NCBI GenBank assembly: GCA_036394855.1
Contig: DASWEF010000070.1
Coordinates: 18,189 to 82,188 of the forward strand
Direction of reading: 5' to 3'
DNA length: 64,000 bases
Origin: Gaiellaceae bacterium
Lineage (GTDB): Bacteria; Actinomycetota; Thermoleophilia; Gaiellales; Gaiellaceae
Made by a program: the position numbers and the translations under genes
In this document: positions 27,560-36,516 of the stretch, in pieces
Numbering within the stretch: the first letter of the stretch is position 1
Layout: every line of letters starts with the position of its first letter
The notes under the pieces: model-generated
What the model was told of the DNA's origin: nothing
The model's input: only the letters and a program-made list of their open reading frames with translations
Database searches by the model: none

Positions 27560-27753
27560 ATCTCAGGTCGGCCGCTTCGCGGCTGAACGTGCGCGGGCAA
27601 AGCCCGCGCACTCCTACGGAATCCCGGTTGTCGAACTGGTGTGGTCCGCAGGCGGTGGCATTGACGCGTCCCCGCCTGCGTGAGTTCGCCTCCAGGTAGT
27701 GCGGCTTCGCCTGCACTACCTTCCGGCCTTCATGGCAACGTAATTCGCGCGGT

Positions 27754-28458
27754 TTACTGAATGACCTTGAGCAAGCGCCGCCCCAGGCGTTCGACAGGCT
27801 TTGGCAACAGGCGCCGCTGTCTCTTCAGCGCTGTCGAGCCGAGCCAGAACGCGGTCTTGACGCCCAGCACGTAACGGTTGCGCGCTCGGTCGACCAGCGT
27901 GTTCCGCTCGACCTTACGGGCCACCGTCATCGAGCCGACCACGAACCTCGCGTTCTTGAACCGCCGCGATCTGTAGACGGCGTTCCCGACGAGCTTGCGC
28001 GGCCCCGCCGTCCACGTCGTGTCGTGAAACGCGACCCAGCCGCCGTCGACGACCTTCGGAACCCACTTCTCGAAGTCCTCGAGAACGAGGTCGTACTCGT
28101 GCGAGCCGTCGACGAAGAGCAGCTCGATCGGCTCATGGAACTCGTCTGCCGCGGCCTGCGACAGCGATGGCACGGGTCTGACCAGCTCGGCGATCCCCGC
28201 GCGTTCGACGTTCTTCTTGAAGTCGCCGAAGCGGTAATCGGCGTGCGGATCGACGGCGTACACGGGCACTGCCGCCCCCGCCTTCGTCCCGAGGCCGAGG
28301 CACACGGTCGACTTGCCCTTCCAAGAACCGATCTCGACGATCACGCCCTTTCCGGCACACGCGCGCGCGAGGTCGTAGAGCGCCTCCCCTTCCTCGTCGG
28401 TGAGCCACCCCGGGATGCCCGCGATCAGCGGCTTCACACGGGCTTGGAACTCGCTCAT
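27754..28458 (-). CDS. class I SAM-dependent methyltransferase
   Basis: VIVEIGSWKGKST (motif I) ... LLFVDGSHEYDLV. 4-nt overlap with opcA. Confidence 0.8.
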   Translation of the reverse strand: MSEFQARVKPLIAGIPGWLTDEEGEALYDLARACAGKGVIVEIGSWKGKSTVCLGLGTKAGAAVPVYAVDPHADYRFGDFKKNVERAGIAELVRPVPSLSQAAADEFHEPIELLFVDGSHEYDLVLEDFEKWVPKVVDGGWVAFHDTTWTAGPRKLVGNAVYRSRRFKNARFVVGSMTVARKVERNTLVDRARNRYVLGVKTAFWLGSTALKRQRRLLPKPVERLGRRLLKVIQ

Positions 28459-29306
28459 CCGAGCGTGCCCCGTACCGCCTCTTCGTAGATCCGGTCACGG
28501 CTGAACCGGTCCAGCTCCTCCGAGAGGAGATCTGCGGCCGCCGGAGGGTCGCCGGGTGGGAACGGCGCCGGCTCACCGTCGATCTCGACGCCGACGAGCC
28601 GATCGGACGGTTCGTGCTCGACCTCGACGGGCCGGTCGAGGCGCGAGCGCAGCCAGCCGGCGAGGAGCTGGGCCTGCGCGGCCGTGCCGATCACGCGGAT
28701 TCGACGAACATCCGCGACGCCGGGCCAGAGCGACGCCAGCTGCGGTCGCCAGCGGCTCGTACGCGTCCACGCGATGTCGGAGACGGCGACCCGGTCGAAG
28801 ACGTTCACGAGATCGCCGTACGGCGCAGGCAGGTCAGGCCACTCCGTGCTGTCGACGATGAGCCGGTCGACCACGTCGACGAGCGTCTCGAAGTAGTCGG
28901 CGCCGAAGGGCGGCAGGCCGCGCCAGCGCAGGAACACGGGCAGGTCCGGGAGGAAGAGCGGCTGCACGACGCTCGCGGGCGCAGCTGCACGCCGCCCCTT
29001 GAGGCGAATGCGGATCGTCTCGGTGCAGATCTGCCGACCGTCGCCGACCGGAAACGCGTCCACCTCGACCTCGCCCTCCAGCCCGTCCTCCTGGTCCGGC
29101 TGAGGGAAGAGAACGATCGTTCGAGACGGGTGCCGCTCGGCCAGTCCCGACAGCACGTCTTCCGCGGCCTCCACCCATTCGGGCGGAACCCACGCCGTGT
29201 GGGTCATCACGCTCGTCCGCTGGTACGGCGCAGCCGAGCCGGAGGAGGTGCGCAAGGAGGTGACCCCGCGCTCGATCTCCCGAACCGAAGTTAGTGCCGG
29301 CGCCAT
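28455..29306 (-). CDS. opcA: glucose-6-phosphate dehydrogenase assembly protein OpcA
   Basis: ATG 29306 (MAPALTSVREIERG...). MTHTAWVPPEW...HPSRTIVLFP...LPVFLRWRG typical of OpcA. Overlaps the zwf stop by 16 nt. Confidence 0.8.
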   Translation of the reverse strand: MAPALTSVREIERGVTSLRTSSGSAAPYQRTSVMTHTAWVPPEWVEAAEDVLSGLAERHPSRTIVLFPQPDQEDGLEGEVEVDAFPVGDGRQICTETIRIRLKGRRAAAPASVVQPLFLPDLPVFLRWRGLPPFGADYFETLVDVVDRLIVDSTEWPDLPAPYGDLVNVFDRVAVSDIAWTRTSRWRPQLASLWPGVADVRRIRVIGTAAQAQLLAGWLRSRLDRPVEVEHEPSDRLVGVEIDGEPAPFPPGDPPAAADLLSEELDRFSRDRIYEEAVRGTLG

Positions 29307-30799
29307 GATCGCCCGTCTCGGTGGAGGAGGTCGTCCGCCGAGGGCGGCCCCCAGGTCCCGGCGGGATAGTTCGGGAAGGCGGGCCGGTCGCGTCCCCAGG
29401 CGGCGACCATCGCGTCCACGAGCGACCACTGCTCCTCGACCTCGTCGATGCGCGTGAAGAGCGTTGCATCGCCGAGCATCGCGTCGAGGATCAGTCGCTC
29501 GTACGCCTCGGGAAGTCCGGTTCGGAACGCGCCGCCGTAGAGAAAGTCCATGTGCACTGTCCGGATCGTCAGGCCCTGGCCGGGCACCTTGGCCCCGATC
29601 GCCAGCGACACGCCCTCGTCGGGCTGCACGTGCACGAGCAGGACGTTCGGGCGCAGCCCTTCCGCCGCCAGCTCCTCGAACGGCGGATGCGGCGCCCGCT
29701 TGAACTGGATCGCGATCGTCGTCTCGCGACGAGGGAGTCGCTTCCCCATGCGGACGTAGAACGGCGTATCGGCCCAGCGCCAGTTGTCGACGTAGAGCTT
29801 CGCGGCGACGTACGTCTCCGTCATCGACTGCGGATCGACGCCGTCCTCCTCGCGATAGCCGGCCACCTCTTCCCCTTCGACAAAGCCGCGTCCGTATTGC
29901 CCGCGGACGACCGACTTCGGTCCGGGCGTGTGCAGCGCCCGCAGCACCTTCACCTTCTCGTTCCGCACGGAATCGGCGGTGAAGTCGATCGGGGGCTCCA
30001 TCGCCGTGATGGCGAGCAGCTGTAGCAGGTGGTTCTGGAAGATGTCGCGGATCGCACCTGCCTGCTCGTAGTACCCCGCTCGGTTCTCGATCCCGATCGA
30101 CTCGGCAACCGTGATCTGCACGTGGTCGACGAACTGGCGATTCCAGATCGGCTCGAAGATGCCGTTCGCGAACCGCAGCGCCAGCATGTTCTGCACGGTC
30201 TCCTTGCCGAGGTAGTGGTCGATGCGGAAGACCTCGCTCTCCTCGAAGTCTTCCTCGATCGCGCTGTTGAGCTCGCGCGCGGAGGCGAGATCGCGGCCGA
30301 ACGGCTTCTCGACGATCAGCCGCATCCAGCCGGTCGCGTTGCGGCGTTTGCCGAGCGCCTGCACGACGGCCCCGAAGACCGTGGGCGGGATTGCGAGGTA
30401 GTAGACGCGGTTGCCGCCGGTGCCGCGCTGCTCGTCGAGCTCGGTGAGCACTTCTGCGAGCCGGTGCTCGCCCGCCTCGTCCGCGAAGTCGCTGGCCACG
30501 TAGCGCATCCCCTCGGCGAGCGCATCCCAGACGTCGTCGCGGAACTCGTCGCGCGCGTGCTTCTGGACGGCCTCCTTCATCCGCTCGCGGAACTCGTCGT
30601 CAGTCTCCTCCGTCCGCGCGACGCCGACGACGGCGAAGCTCTCGGGCAGCAGTCGCCGGAACGCGAGCGAATAGAGCGCCGGGAAGAGCTTGCGCTGCGT
30701 CAGGTCGCCGGAGGCGCCGAAGATGACGAGGATGCAGGCATCGGGTGTGCGGCGAAGCTGCAGTCCCTCGAGCAGCGGGTTCTCCTGTGTCGTCGCCAC
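29291..30799 (-). CDS. zwf: glucose-6-phosphate dehydrogenase
   Basis: 502 aa. FGASGDLTQRKL, RIDHYLGKE and EKPFG signatures. Confidence 0.95.
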   Translation of the reverse strand: MATTQENPLLEGLQLRRTPDACILVIFGASGDLTQRKLFPALYSLAFRRLLPESFAVVGVARTEETDDEFRERMKEAVQKHARDEFRDDVWDALAEGMRYVASDFADEAGEHRLAEVLTELDEQRGTGGNRVYYLAIPPTVFGAVVQALGKRRNATGWMRLIVEKPFGRDLASARELNSAIEEDFEESEVFRIDHYLGKETVQNMLALRFANGIFEPIWNRQFVDHVQITVAESIGIENRAGYYEQAGAIRDIFQNHLLQLLAITAMEPPIDFTADSVRNEKVKVLRALHTPGPKSVVRGQYGRGFVEGEEVAGYREEDGVDPQSMTETYVAAKLYVDNWRWADTPFYVRMGKRLPRRETTIAIQFKRAPHPPFEELAAEGLRPNVLLVHVQPDEGVSLAIGAKVPGQGLTIRTVHMDFLYGGAFRTGLPEAYERLILDAMLGDATLFTRIDEVEEQWSLVDAMVAAWGRDRPAFPNYPAGTWGPPSADDLLHRDGRSWRRH

Positions 30800-30803
30800 T
30801 GGC

Positions 30804-31706
30804 CTAGCGCGGGTCGTCGCTTGCCTTCGCGCGCTCGAGCGCGCGCACGGCGTGACCGCCGAACTGCTGTCGCAGCGCGGCCGCGACCTTGGCCGAGAAC
30901 TTCATCTCGTCGCGCGACTGGAACCGCGCGAACAGCGAGGCGGCGATCACGGGCGTAGGGACGTTCTCGTTGATCGCCTCGTTGATCGTCCAGCGACCCT
31001 CGCCCGAATCCTCCACGTACGGCGCGATGTCCTCCAGCTTCGAGCCGTGCTGCTCGAACGCGGCGTGCAGCAGCTCGAGTAGCCACGAGCGCACGACCGA
31101 CCCGTTGCGCCAGATGCCGGAGATCTGATGCGGATCGAGGTCGAACTCGGAGTGCTCCATGATCTCGAAGCCCTCCGCGTACGACTGCATCAGGCCGTAC
31201 TCGATCCCGTTGTGCACCATCTTCACGAAGTGCCCTGCGCCGGACGGGCCGACGTGCGCGTAGCCCTCCTCCGGCGCAAGCGTCTCCAGGATCGGCTCGA
31301 GCCGTTTGACCGGTTCCTCGTCGCCGCCGACCATCAGGCAGAAGCCCACCTCGAGGCCCCAGATTCCTCCGGACACCCCTGCGTCGACGAAGTGGATCCC
31401 GCGGTGCTGCGCCTCGACGTAGCGACGTTTCGAGTCGCGGAAGTTCGAGTTGCCGCCGTCGACGATCGTGTCGCCCTCGTCGGCGATCCCCAATAGCTGC
31501 TGGAAGACGTCCTCGGTGATCTTTCCCGCGGGGATCATCAGCCAGAACGCGCGCGGCGCGTCGAGCTGACCCTTGAGCTCCGCGAGCGACGACGCGGTGC
31601 GAGCCTCGACGTTCGGGTCGTACGTCTGCACCTCGTGACCGCCCTCGCGCAGGCGCTCCGTCATGCCGGAGCCCATTCGTCCGAGGCCGATCATCCCGAG
31701 CTGCAC
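30804..31706 (-). CDS. gnd: 6-phosphogluconate dehydrogenase, short (about 300 aa, decarboxylating-like) form
   Basis: GLGRMGSGMTERL Rossmann motif, GAGHFVKMVHNGIEYGLMQ. GTG 31706 shares one nucleotide with the pgi stop; alternative ATG at 31694. Confidence 0.9.
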   Translation of the reverse strand: MQLGMIGLGRMGSGMTERLREGGHEVQTYDPNVEARTASSLAELKGQLDAPRAFWLMIPAGKITEDVFQQLLGIADEGDTIVDGGNSNFRDSKRRYVEAQHRGIHFVDAGVSGGIWGLEVGFCLMVGGDEEPVKRLEPILETLAPEEGYAHVGPSGAGHFVKMVHNGIEYGLMQSYAEGFEIMEHSEFDLDPHQISGIWRNGSVVRSWLLELLHAAFEQHGSKLEDIAPYVEDSGEGRWTINEAINENVPTPVIAASLFARFQSRDEMKFSAKVAAALRQQFGGHAVRALERAKASDDPR

Positions 31707-33058
31707 TAGAGATCCTCCAACCTGACGCGCACGATCTTCCTGCCGCGCTCCCGCAACGAGCGGTAGTCGCCCTCGGCCTGGGCGCGGATCAGGCGCCCGA
31801 ACCCGAAGTCCTGGCCGGGAATCGGAATCTCGTCGCCGGTGTCGTCGACCACCTGGACGAACAGGCCCGTCGGCGGGCCGCCCTTGTGCAGCTGTCCCGT
31901 CGAGTGCAGATAGCGCGGCCCGAGCCCGTGCGTGACGACGCATCCGGTCGCACGCGCACGTTCGATCAGCGGCCGCAGCTCTCCCTCGCGTGTGGGATCG
32001 ATGAACGCCTGAACGGCGACGTAATTCGGCGGCTCCGCCTCGGCGAGCAGCTCGTCGAGTGAGCCCTCGCCTGCGAGCGCGGGATCCTCGCCCGAGGCGA
32101 GCACCTCCTTCGTCTTGTCCTTGGCCGCCTGGACGTCGGGCTGGTCGAACGGGTTGATCCCCAGAATCGAGCCGGCGATCGCGACGGCGAACTCCCAGCG
32201 GAAGAACTCGGCGCCGATCGAGGATGGGTCGTCGAGCCGCACCTCCGCCCCCTGCCGATCGGGGCCGTCGGGAACCTCCCCGGGCGCGGGCACGAGCCCT
32301 TTTCCGTGCTTGCCGGTCGACTCCGCGATCAGTTGCTCGGCCCAGAGACCGAATCGCCCCTCTGTCTCGGCGATGCAGACCTTGTCGCGCCCCTCGCGCC
32401 ACGCCTCGCCGAGCTGGAGTCCGAGCTCGACACCTGGGTTCTGCTCCGCACGGCACGCCTCCGCCATCCGCTCTGCGTCAACAAGCAGTTGTTCCACGTC
32501 GATGCCCATCAGGGCGGCGGGGACGATGCCGAACGGCGACAGCGCCGAATACCGCCCGCCGATCGTCGGCTCGCCCGCGAACACCGACGACCCGTGCTCG
32601 CGCGCCTGGCTCTCGAGGGGAGAGCCCGGATCGCTGACGATCACGAAGCTCTCTGGTCGCTGAACCTGGACCCAGAAGTGCGCGAGGTGGGAGAGCGTCT
32701 CGAGCGTCGTTCCCGACTTCGACGAGACGACGAACATCGACTTCTCGAGGTCGAGCAACTCCTCCGCGTGACGGATCATCGCGGGGTGTGTCGTGTCGAG
32801 AACGTGGAAGCCCTTCCTGCCGAAGGTGCGCTTCAGGACCTCCGGGGCCAGCGAGGAGCCGCCCATCCCGAGCAGGACGAACGTCTCGTACGTCGTGCGC
32901 GCCTCCTCCGCGAACGCAACGATCTCGCCGACCCGTTCCTGCATGCGCTTCGGCTCGTCGAGCCAGCCCAGCCATTTGTCCTCGTCCGCGCCGGTCCAGA
33001 CCGTCGCGTCCCGCGCCCAGACGCGCTCGACCAGCTCCTGCTGCGCGGCGACGCTCAC
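31706..33058 (-). CDS. pgi: glucose-6-phosphate isomerase
   Basis: 450 aa. LLGMGGSSLAPEV, VVSSKSGTTLET, GGRYSALS signatures. Confidence 0.9.
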   Translation of the reverse strand: MSVAAQQELVERVWARDATVWTGADEDKWLGWLDEPKRMQERVGEIVAFAEEARTTYETFVLLGMGGSSLAPEVLKRTFGRKGFHVLDTTHPAMIRHAEELLDLEKSMFVVSSKSGTTLETLSHLAHFWVQVQRPESFVIVSDPGSPLESQAREHGSSVFAGEPTIGGRYSALSPFGIVPAALMGIDVEQLLVDAERMAEACRAEQNPGVELGLQLGEAWREGRDKVCIAETEGRFGLWAEQLIAESTGKHGKGLVPAPGEVPDGPDRQGAEVRLDDPSSIGAEFFRWEFAVAIAGSILGINPFDQPDVQAAKDKTKEVLASGEDPALAGEGSLDELLAEAEPPNYVAVQAFIDPTREGELRPLIERARATGCVVTHGLGPRYLHSTGQLHKGGPPTGLFVQVVDDTGDEIPIPGQDFGFGRLIRAQAEGDYRSLRERGRKIVRVRLEDL

Positions 33059-33059
33059 T

Positions 33060-34172
33060 TCAAGCAGCGGCCAGCTCGCCGCGCTTGGCCCTGATTCCGT
33101 CCATCAGCTCCTCGAACGAGTCCGAGAACTTTTGCACGCCTTCGCGCTCGAGCGTCTCCACGACGTCGTCGTAGTCGATTCCCGCCTCGCGGAGATCGTC
33201 GAGGAGTTGCCGCGCGGCGTCGACGTCCTTCGTCAGCGTCTCGGCCACGGTGCCGTGATCCTGGAAAGCTTGGATCGTCTCTTCGGGCATCGTGTTCACG
33301 GTCTCGGGCCCGATCAGCTCCTCGACGTACATGACGTCCCGGTAGTCGGGATTCTTCGTGGAGGTCGAGGCCCAGAGACAGCGCTGCTTCGTCGCACCTT
33401 TCGCCTCGAGGGCCTGCCAGCGCGGACCGGAGAACGTGTCGAGGTAGTTCTGGTACGCGAGCTTCGCGTTCGCGATCCCGAGCTTGCCTGCGAGCTTCGT
33501 CGCGTCGCCCCCGAGCTCGGCGAGCCGCTTGTCGGTCTCGGTATCTACCCGCGAGACGAAGAAGCTCGCCACCGAGTGCACCGTCGAAGGATCCCCGCCG
33601 CTCTCGACAAGTCGCTCGACACCGCGGAGGTATGCCTCCATGACCTCCTTGTGCCGCTCGAGCGAGAAGATCAGCGTCACGTTGATGTTGCGGCCGGAAG
33701 CGATCATCTCCTCGATCGCGCCAAGGCCCGGCTCCGTCGCCGGAATCTTCACGTACAAGTTCGGCCGCTCGATCCACTCGTGCAGCCGGCGTGCCTCCGC
33801 GATCGTCGCCTCCTGCTCGTAGGCAAGCGTGGGATCGACCTCCCACGAGACGTATCCGTCGAGGCCGCCGCCACCGTCCCAGACCTTCCGGAGCAGATCG
33901 CAGGCGTCGGCGATGTCGTTGGAGGAGAGCTGGAGAAAGATCTCCTTCGCATCCTCCTCCCCCGACTCGAGAATCTCCTTCAACTGCGCGTCGTAACGAT
34001 CGCCCTGCGAGATCGCCTTCTGGAAGATCGTCGGGTTCGAGGTCACGCCGACAACGGCGTCCTCCTTCATCATCCGCGCGAGCTCGCCGGTCTGGAGCAG
34101 GTCGCGCGAGAGGTAGTCGATCCAGACGCTCTGACCGAGCGCGGACAGCTTGTGCAAGTTCGATTCAGGCAC
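33060..34172 (-). CDS. tal: transaldolase
   Basis: LGQSVWIDYLSRDLL, GVTSNPTIF, VKIPAT (Schiff-base Lys). Start GTG 34172 preferred; the ORF-track TTG at 34190 is possible. Confidence 0.9.
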   Translation of the reverse strand: MPESNLHKLSALGQSVWIDYLSRDLLQTGELARMMKEDAVVGVTSNPTIFQKAISQGDRYDAQLKEILESGEEDAKEIFLQLSSNDIADACDLLRKVWDGGGGLDGYVSWEVDPTLAYEQEATIAEARRLHEWIERPNLYVKIPATEPGLGAIEEMIASGRNINVTLIFSLERHKEVMEAYLRGVERLVESGGDPSTVHSVASFFVSRVDTETDKRLAELGGDATKLAGKLGIANAKLAYQNYLDTFSGPRWQALEAKGATKQRCLWASTSTKNPDYRDVMYVEELIGPETVNTMPEETIQAFQDHGTVAETLTKDVDAARQLLDDLREAGIDYDDVVETLEREGVQKFSDSFEELMDGIRAKRGELAAA

Positions 34173-34617
34173 TTGACATCGCCCTTTCAAGATCTTCGAT
34201 TTTCTTCAGTCGTCTCACATAACGCTCGCCGCCGTCGAAACGTGCCCCGAGAAACGCTCCGACCAGGTCGCGGGCGAGCGAGGGCCCGACGACCTCGGAG
34301 CCGAGACAGAGGACATTCATGTCGTCGTGCTCGACGCCCTGGTGCGCGGAGTACACGTCGTGGCAGATCGCGGCGCGAATCCCGGGAAGCTTGCAGGCGG
34401 CGACCGAAGCGCCGACGCCGGAGCCGCAGACGAGGATTCCGCGCTCTGCGTCGCCGCCGAGGACCGCCTCGCCGACCTCCCGCGCCTTGTCCGGATAGTC
34501 GATCCGCACGGCGTCCGTGTCAGTCCCGAGATCGATGACCTCGTGCGCTGAAAGAGCGTCGAGGACGGCGTCTCGCAGCAGGACGCCGCGATGGTCGAAA
34601 GCAACCGCAATCCTCAC
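34165..34617 (-). CDS. rpiB: ribose-5-phosphate isomerase B
   Basis: RIAVAFDHRG...ILVCGSGVGASVAACK. GTG 34617 gives a homologue-like N-terminus; alternative GTG at 34635. Confidence 0.85.
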   Translation of the reverse strand: MRIAVAFDHRGVLLRDAVLDALSAHEVIDLGTDTDAVRIDYPDKAREVGEAVLGGDAERGILVCGSGVGASVAACKLPGIRAAICHDVYSAHQGVEHDDMNVLCLGSEVVGPSLARDLVGAFLGARFDGGERYVRRLKKIEDLERAMSSA

Positions 34618-34662
34618 GACTGGACCGTACCCCACGGCCGTGGCCTGCAGTCGCTCCCTAGA

Positions 34663-36516
34663 ATGGCTGCGATGGACGCGACTGAGCTCCGTGAGCTGGG
34701 ACAGCAGTTCCGCGTCGACTCGGTTCGCTGCGCCGCCGCCGCCAAGTCAGGCCATCCCACCTCCGGAATGTCGGCTGCCGACCTGATGGCCGTCCTCCTC
34801 GCGAACCATCTCCGGTACGACTTCGACACCCCCGATCTGCCCGCCAACGACAGGCTGATCTTCTCGAAGGGCCACGCGTCGACCCTGCTCTACGCGATGT
34901 TCCGCGCCGCCGGCGCGATCACGGACGAGGAGCTGCTCGAGTACCGGACGTTCGGGAGCATGCTCGAGGGTCATCCCACGCCGATTATCCCGTGGGTCGA
35001 CGTCGCCACCGGCTCGCTCGGACAGGGTCTTCCCTATGGAGTCGGGATGGCGATCGCCGGCAAGCGGCTCGACCGGCTCCCGTACCGCATCTGGGTCCTG
35101 TGCGGCGACAGCGAGATGGCGGAGGGATCGATGTGGGAAGCGTTCGAGCACGCGGCCCATTACGAGCTCGACAATCTGACGGCGATCATCGACGTCAACC
35201 GGCTCGGTCAGCGCGGCGAGACGATGGTCGGCTGGAACACGGGCGTCTACGTCGAGCGCGCGCGTGCCTTCGGCTGGAACGCGATCGAGATCGACGGGCA
35301 CGAGCCCGAGGAGATCGACCGTGCCTACGAGGAAGCGGCCGGGATCCCGGGCCGTCCGACGGTGATCGTGGCGCGCACGATCAAAGGCAAAGGCGTGAAG
35401 GCGGTCGAGGATAAGGACGGCTGGCACGGCAAGGCGCTCGACGATCCCGACGCGGCGATCGAAGAGCTCGGTGGGATCCGCAACATCTCCATGGACGTCG
35501 CGAAGCCCGATGCCGCAGAGCCGCACCGATTCGAGACACGTGAGCTCGAGCTACCGCGCTACGACCTCGGCGAGGAAGTCGCGACACGGAAGGCCTACGG
35601 CGAAGCGCTCGCGGCGCTGGGCAGCGCACGCGGCGACATCGTCGCTCTCGACGGCGAGGTGAGCAACTCCACCTTCGCGGAGATCTTCAAGAAGGAGCAT
35701 CCCGAGCGGTACTTCGAGATGTACATCGCCGAGCAACAGCTCCTCGCCGCCTGCGTGGGGCTGCAGGCTCGCGGCTGGAACGCGTTCGGCTCGTCGTTCG
35801 CCGCGTTCTTCTCCCGTGCCTACGACTTCATCCGCATGGCCGCGATCAGCCGGGTGAACCTCCGTCTCACCGGCTCGCACGCCGGCGTCTCGATCGGCGA
35901 GGACGGTCCGTCCCAGATGGCCCTGGAGGACATTGCCGCGTTTCGCGCCGTCCATTCCAGCACCGTCCTGCACCCGTGCGACGCGAATCAGACGGCCAGG
36001 CTCGTCGCGACCATGGCCGACACCGACGGGATCATCTTCCTGCGCACGCTGCGGCCGAACACGCCCGTCATCTACGACGCCGACGAGGACTTCCCCATCG
36101 GCGGTAGCCGCGTCGTCCGCTCGTCGGACGATGACGATGTCACGATCGTCGGCGCAGGCGTGACCGTGCACGAGGCGCTGAAGGCTGCCGACAGCCTCGA
36201 GGAAGAGGGGATCAGCGCGCGTGTGATCGACGCCTATTCGATCAAGCCGATCGACGCGCAGACCCTGCAGGCTGCCGCCGAAGCGACCGGCCGTATCGTC
36301 ACGGTCGAGGACCATTGGCCGGAGGGCGGGCTCGGCGACGCGGTGCTCGACGCGCTCGCCGACGGCGACGAGCGGCCGCGCGTCCTGAAGCTCGCCGTGC
36401 GCGAGATGCCCCACTCCGGCAAGCCGGACGAGCTGCTCAGCGCCTACGGGATCGACGCGGCGCACATTGCAGCCGCCGCGCGTCAGCTCGTCGGCGCCGA
36501 AGTCGCCGCGTCGTAG
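34663..36516 (+). CDS. tkt: transketolase
   Basis: SGHPTSGMSAADL, GSLGQGLPYGVGMA, GDSEMAEGSMWEA. Start ATG 34663 (or 34672). Divergent from rpiB. Confidence 0.9.
   Translation: MAAMDATELRELGQQFRVDSVRCAAAAKSGHPTSGMSAADLMAVLLANHLRYDFDTPDLPANDRLIFSKGHASTLLYAMFRAAGAITDEELLEYRTFGSMLEGHPTPIIPWVDVATGSLGQGLPYGVGMAIAGKRLDRLPYRIWVLCGDSEMAEGSMWEAFEHAAHYELDNLTAIIDVNRLGQRGETMVGWNTGVYVERARAFGWNAIEIDGHEPEEIDRAYEEAAGIPGRPTVIVARTIKGKGVKAVEDKDGWHGKALDDPDAAIEELGGIRNISMDVAKPDAAEPHRFETRELELPRYDLGEEVATRKAYGEALAALGSARGDIVALDGEVSNSTFAEIFKKEHPERYFEMYIAEQQLLAACVGLQARGWNAFGSSFAAFFSRAYDFIRMAAISRVNLRLTGSHAGVSIGEDGPSQMALEDIAAFRAVHSSTVLHPCDANQTARLVATMADTDGIIFLRTLRPNTPVIYDADEDFPIGGSRVVRSSDDDDVTIVGAGVTVHEALKAADSLEEEGISARVIDAYSIKPIDAQTLQAAAEATGRIVTVEDHWPEGGLGDAVLDALADGDERPRVLKLAVREMPHSGKPDELLSAYGIDAAHIAAAARQLVGAEVAAS

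Noticed and set aside
25525-27600. 691-aa minus-strand ORF antisense to the 647-aa secreted-protein gene.
   Set aside because: Arg-rich shadow composition. The plus-strand frame has an SD, a signal peptide and repeated structured motifs.
36483-36516. Convergent 3'-end gene overlaps treated as a regulatory antisense feature: tkt/FGGY kinase 34 nt, pstS/kinase 20 nt, hydrolase fragment/MFS 45 nt.
   Set aside because: Such overlaps are common in compact high-GC genomes, and there is no specific signal beyond the overlap itself.
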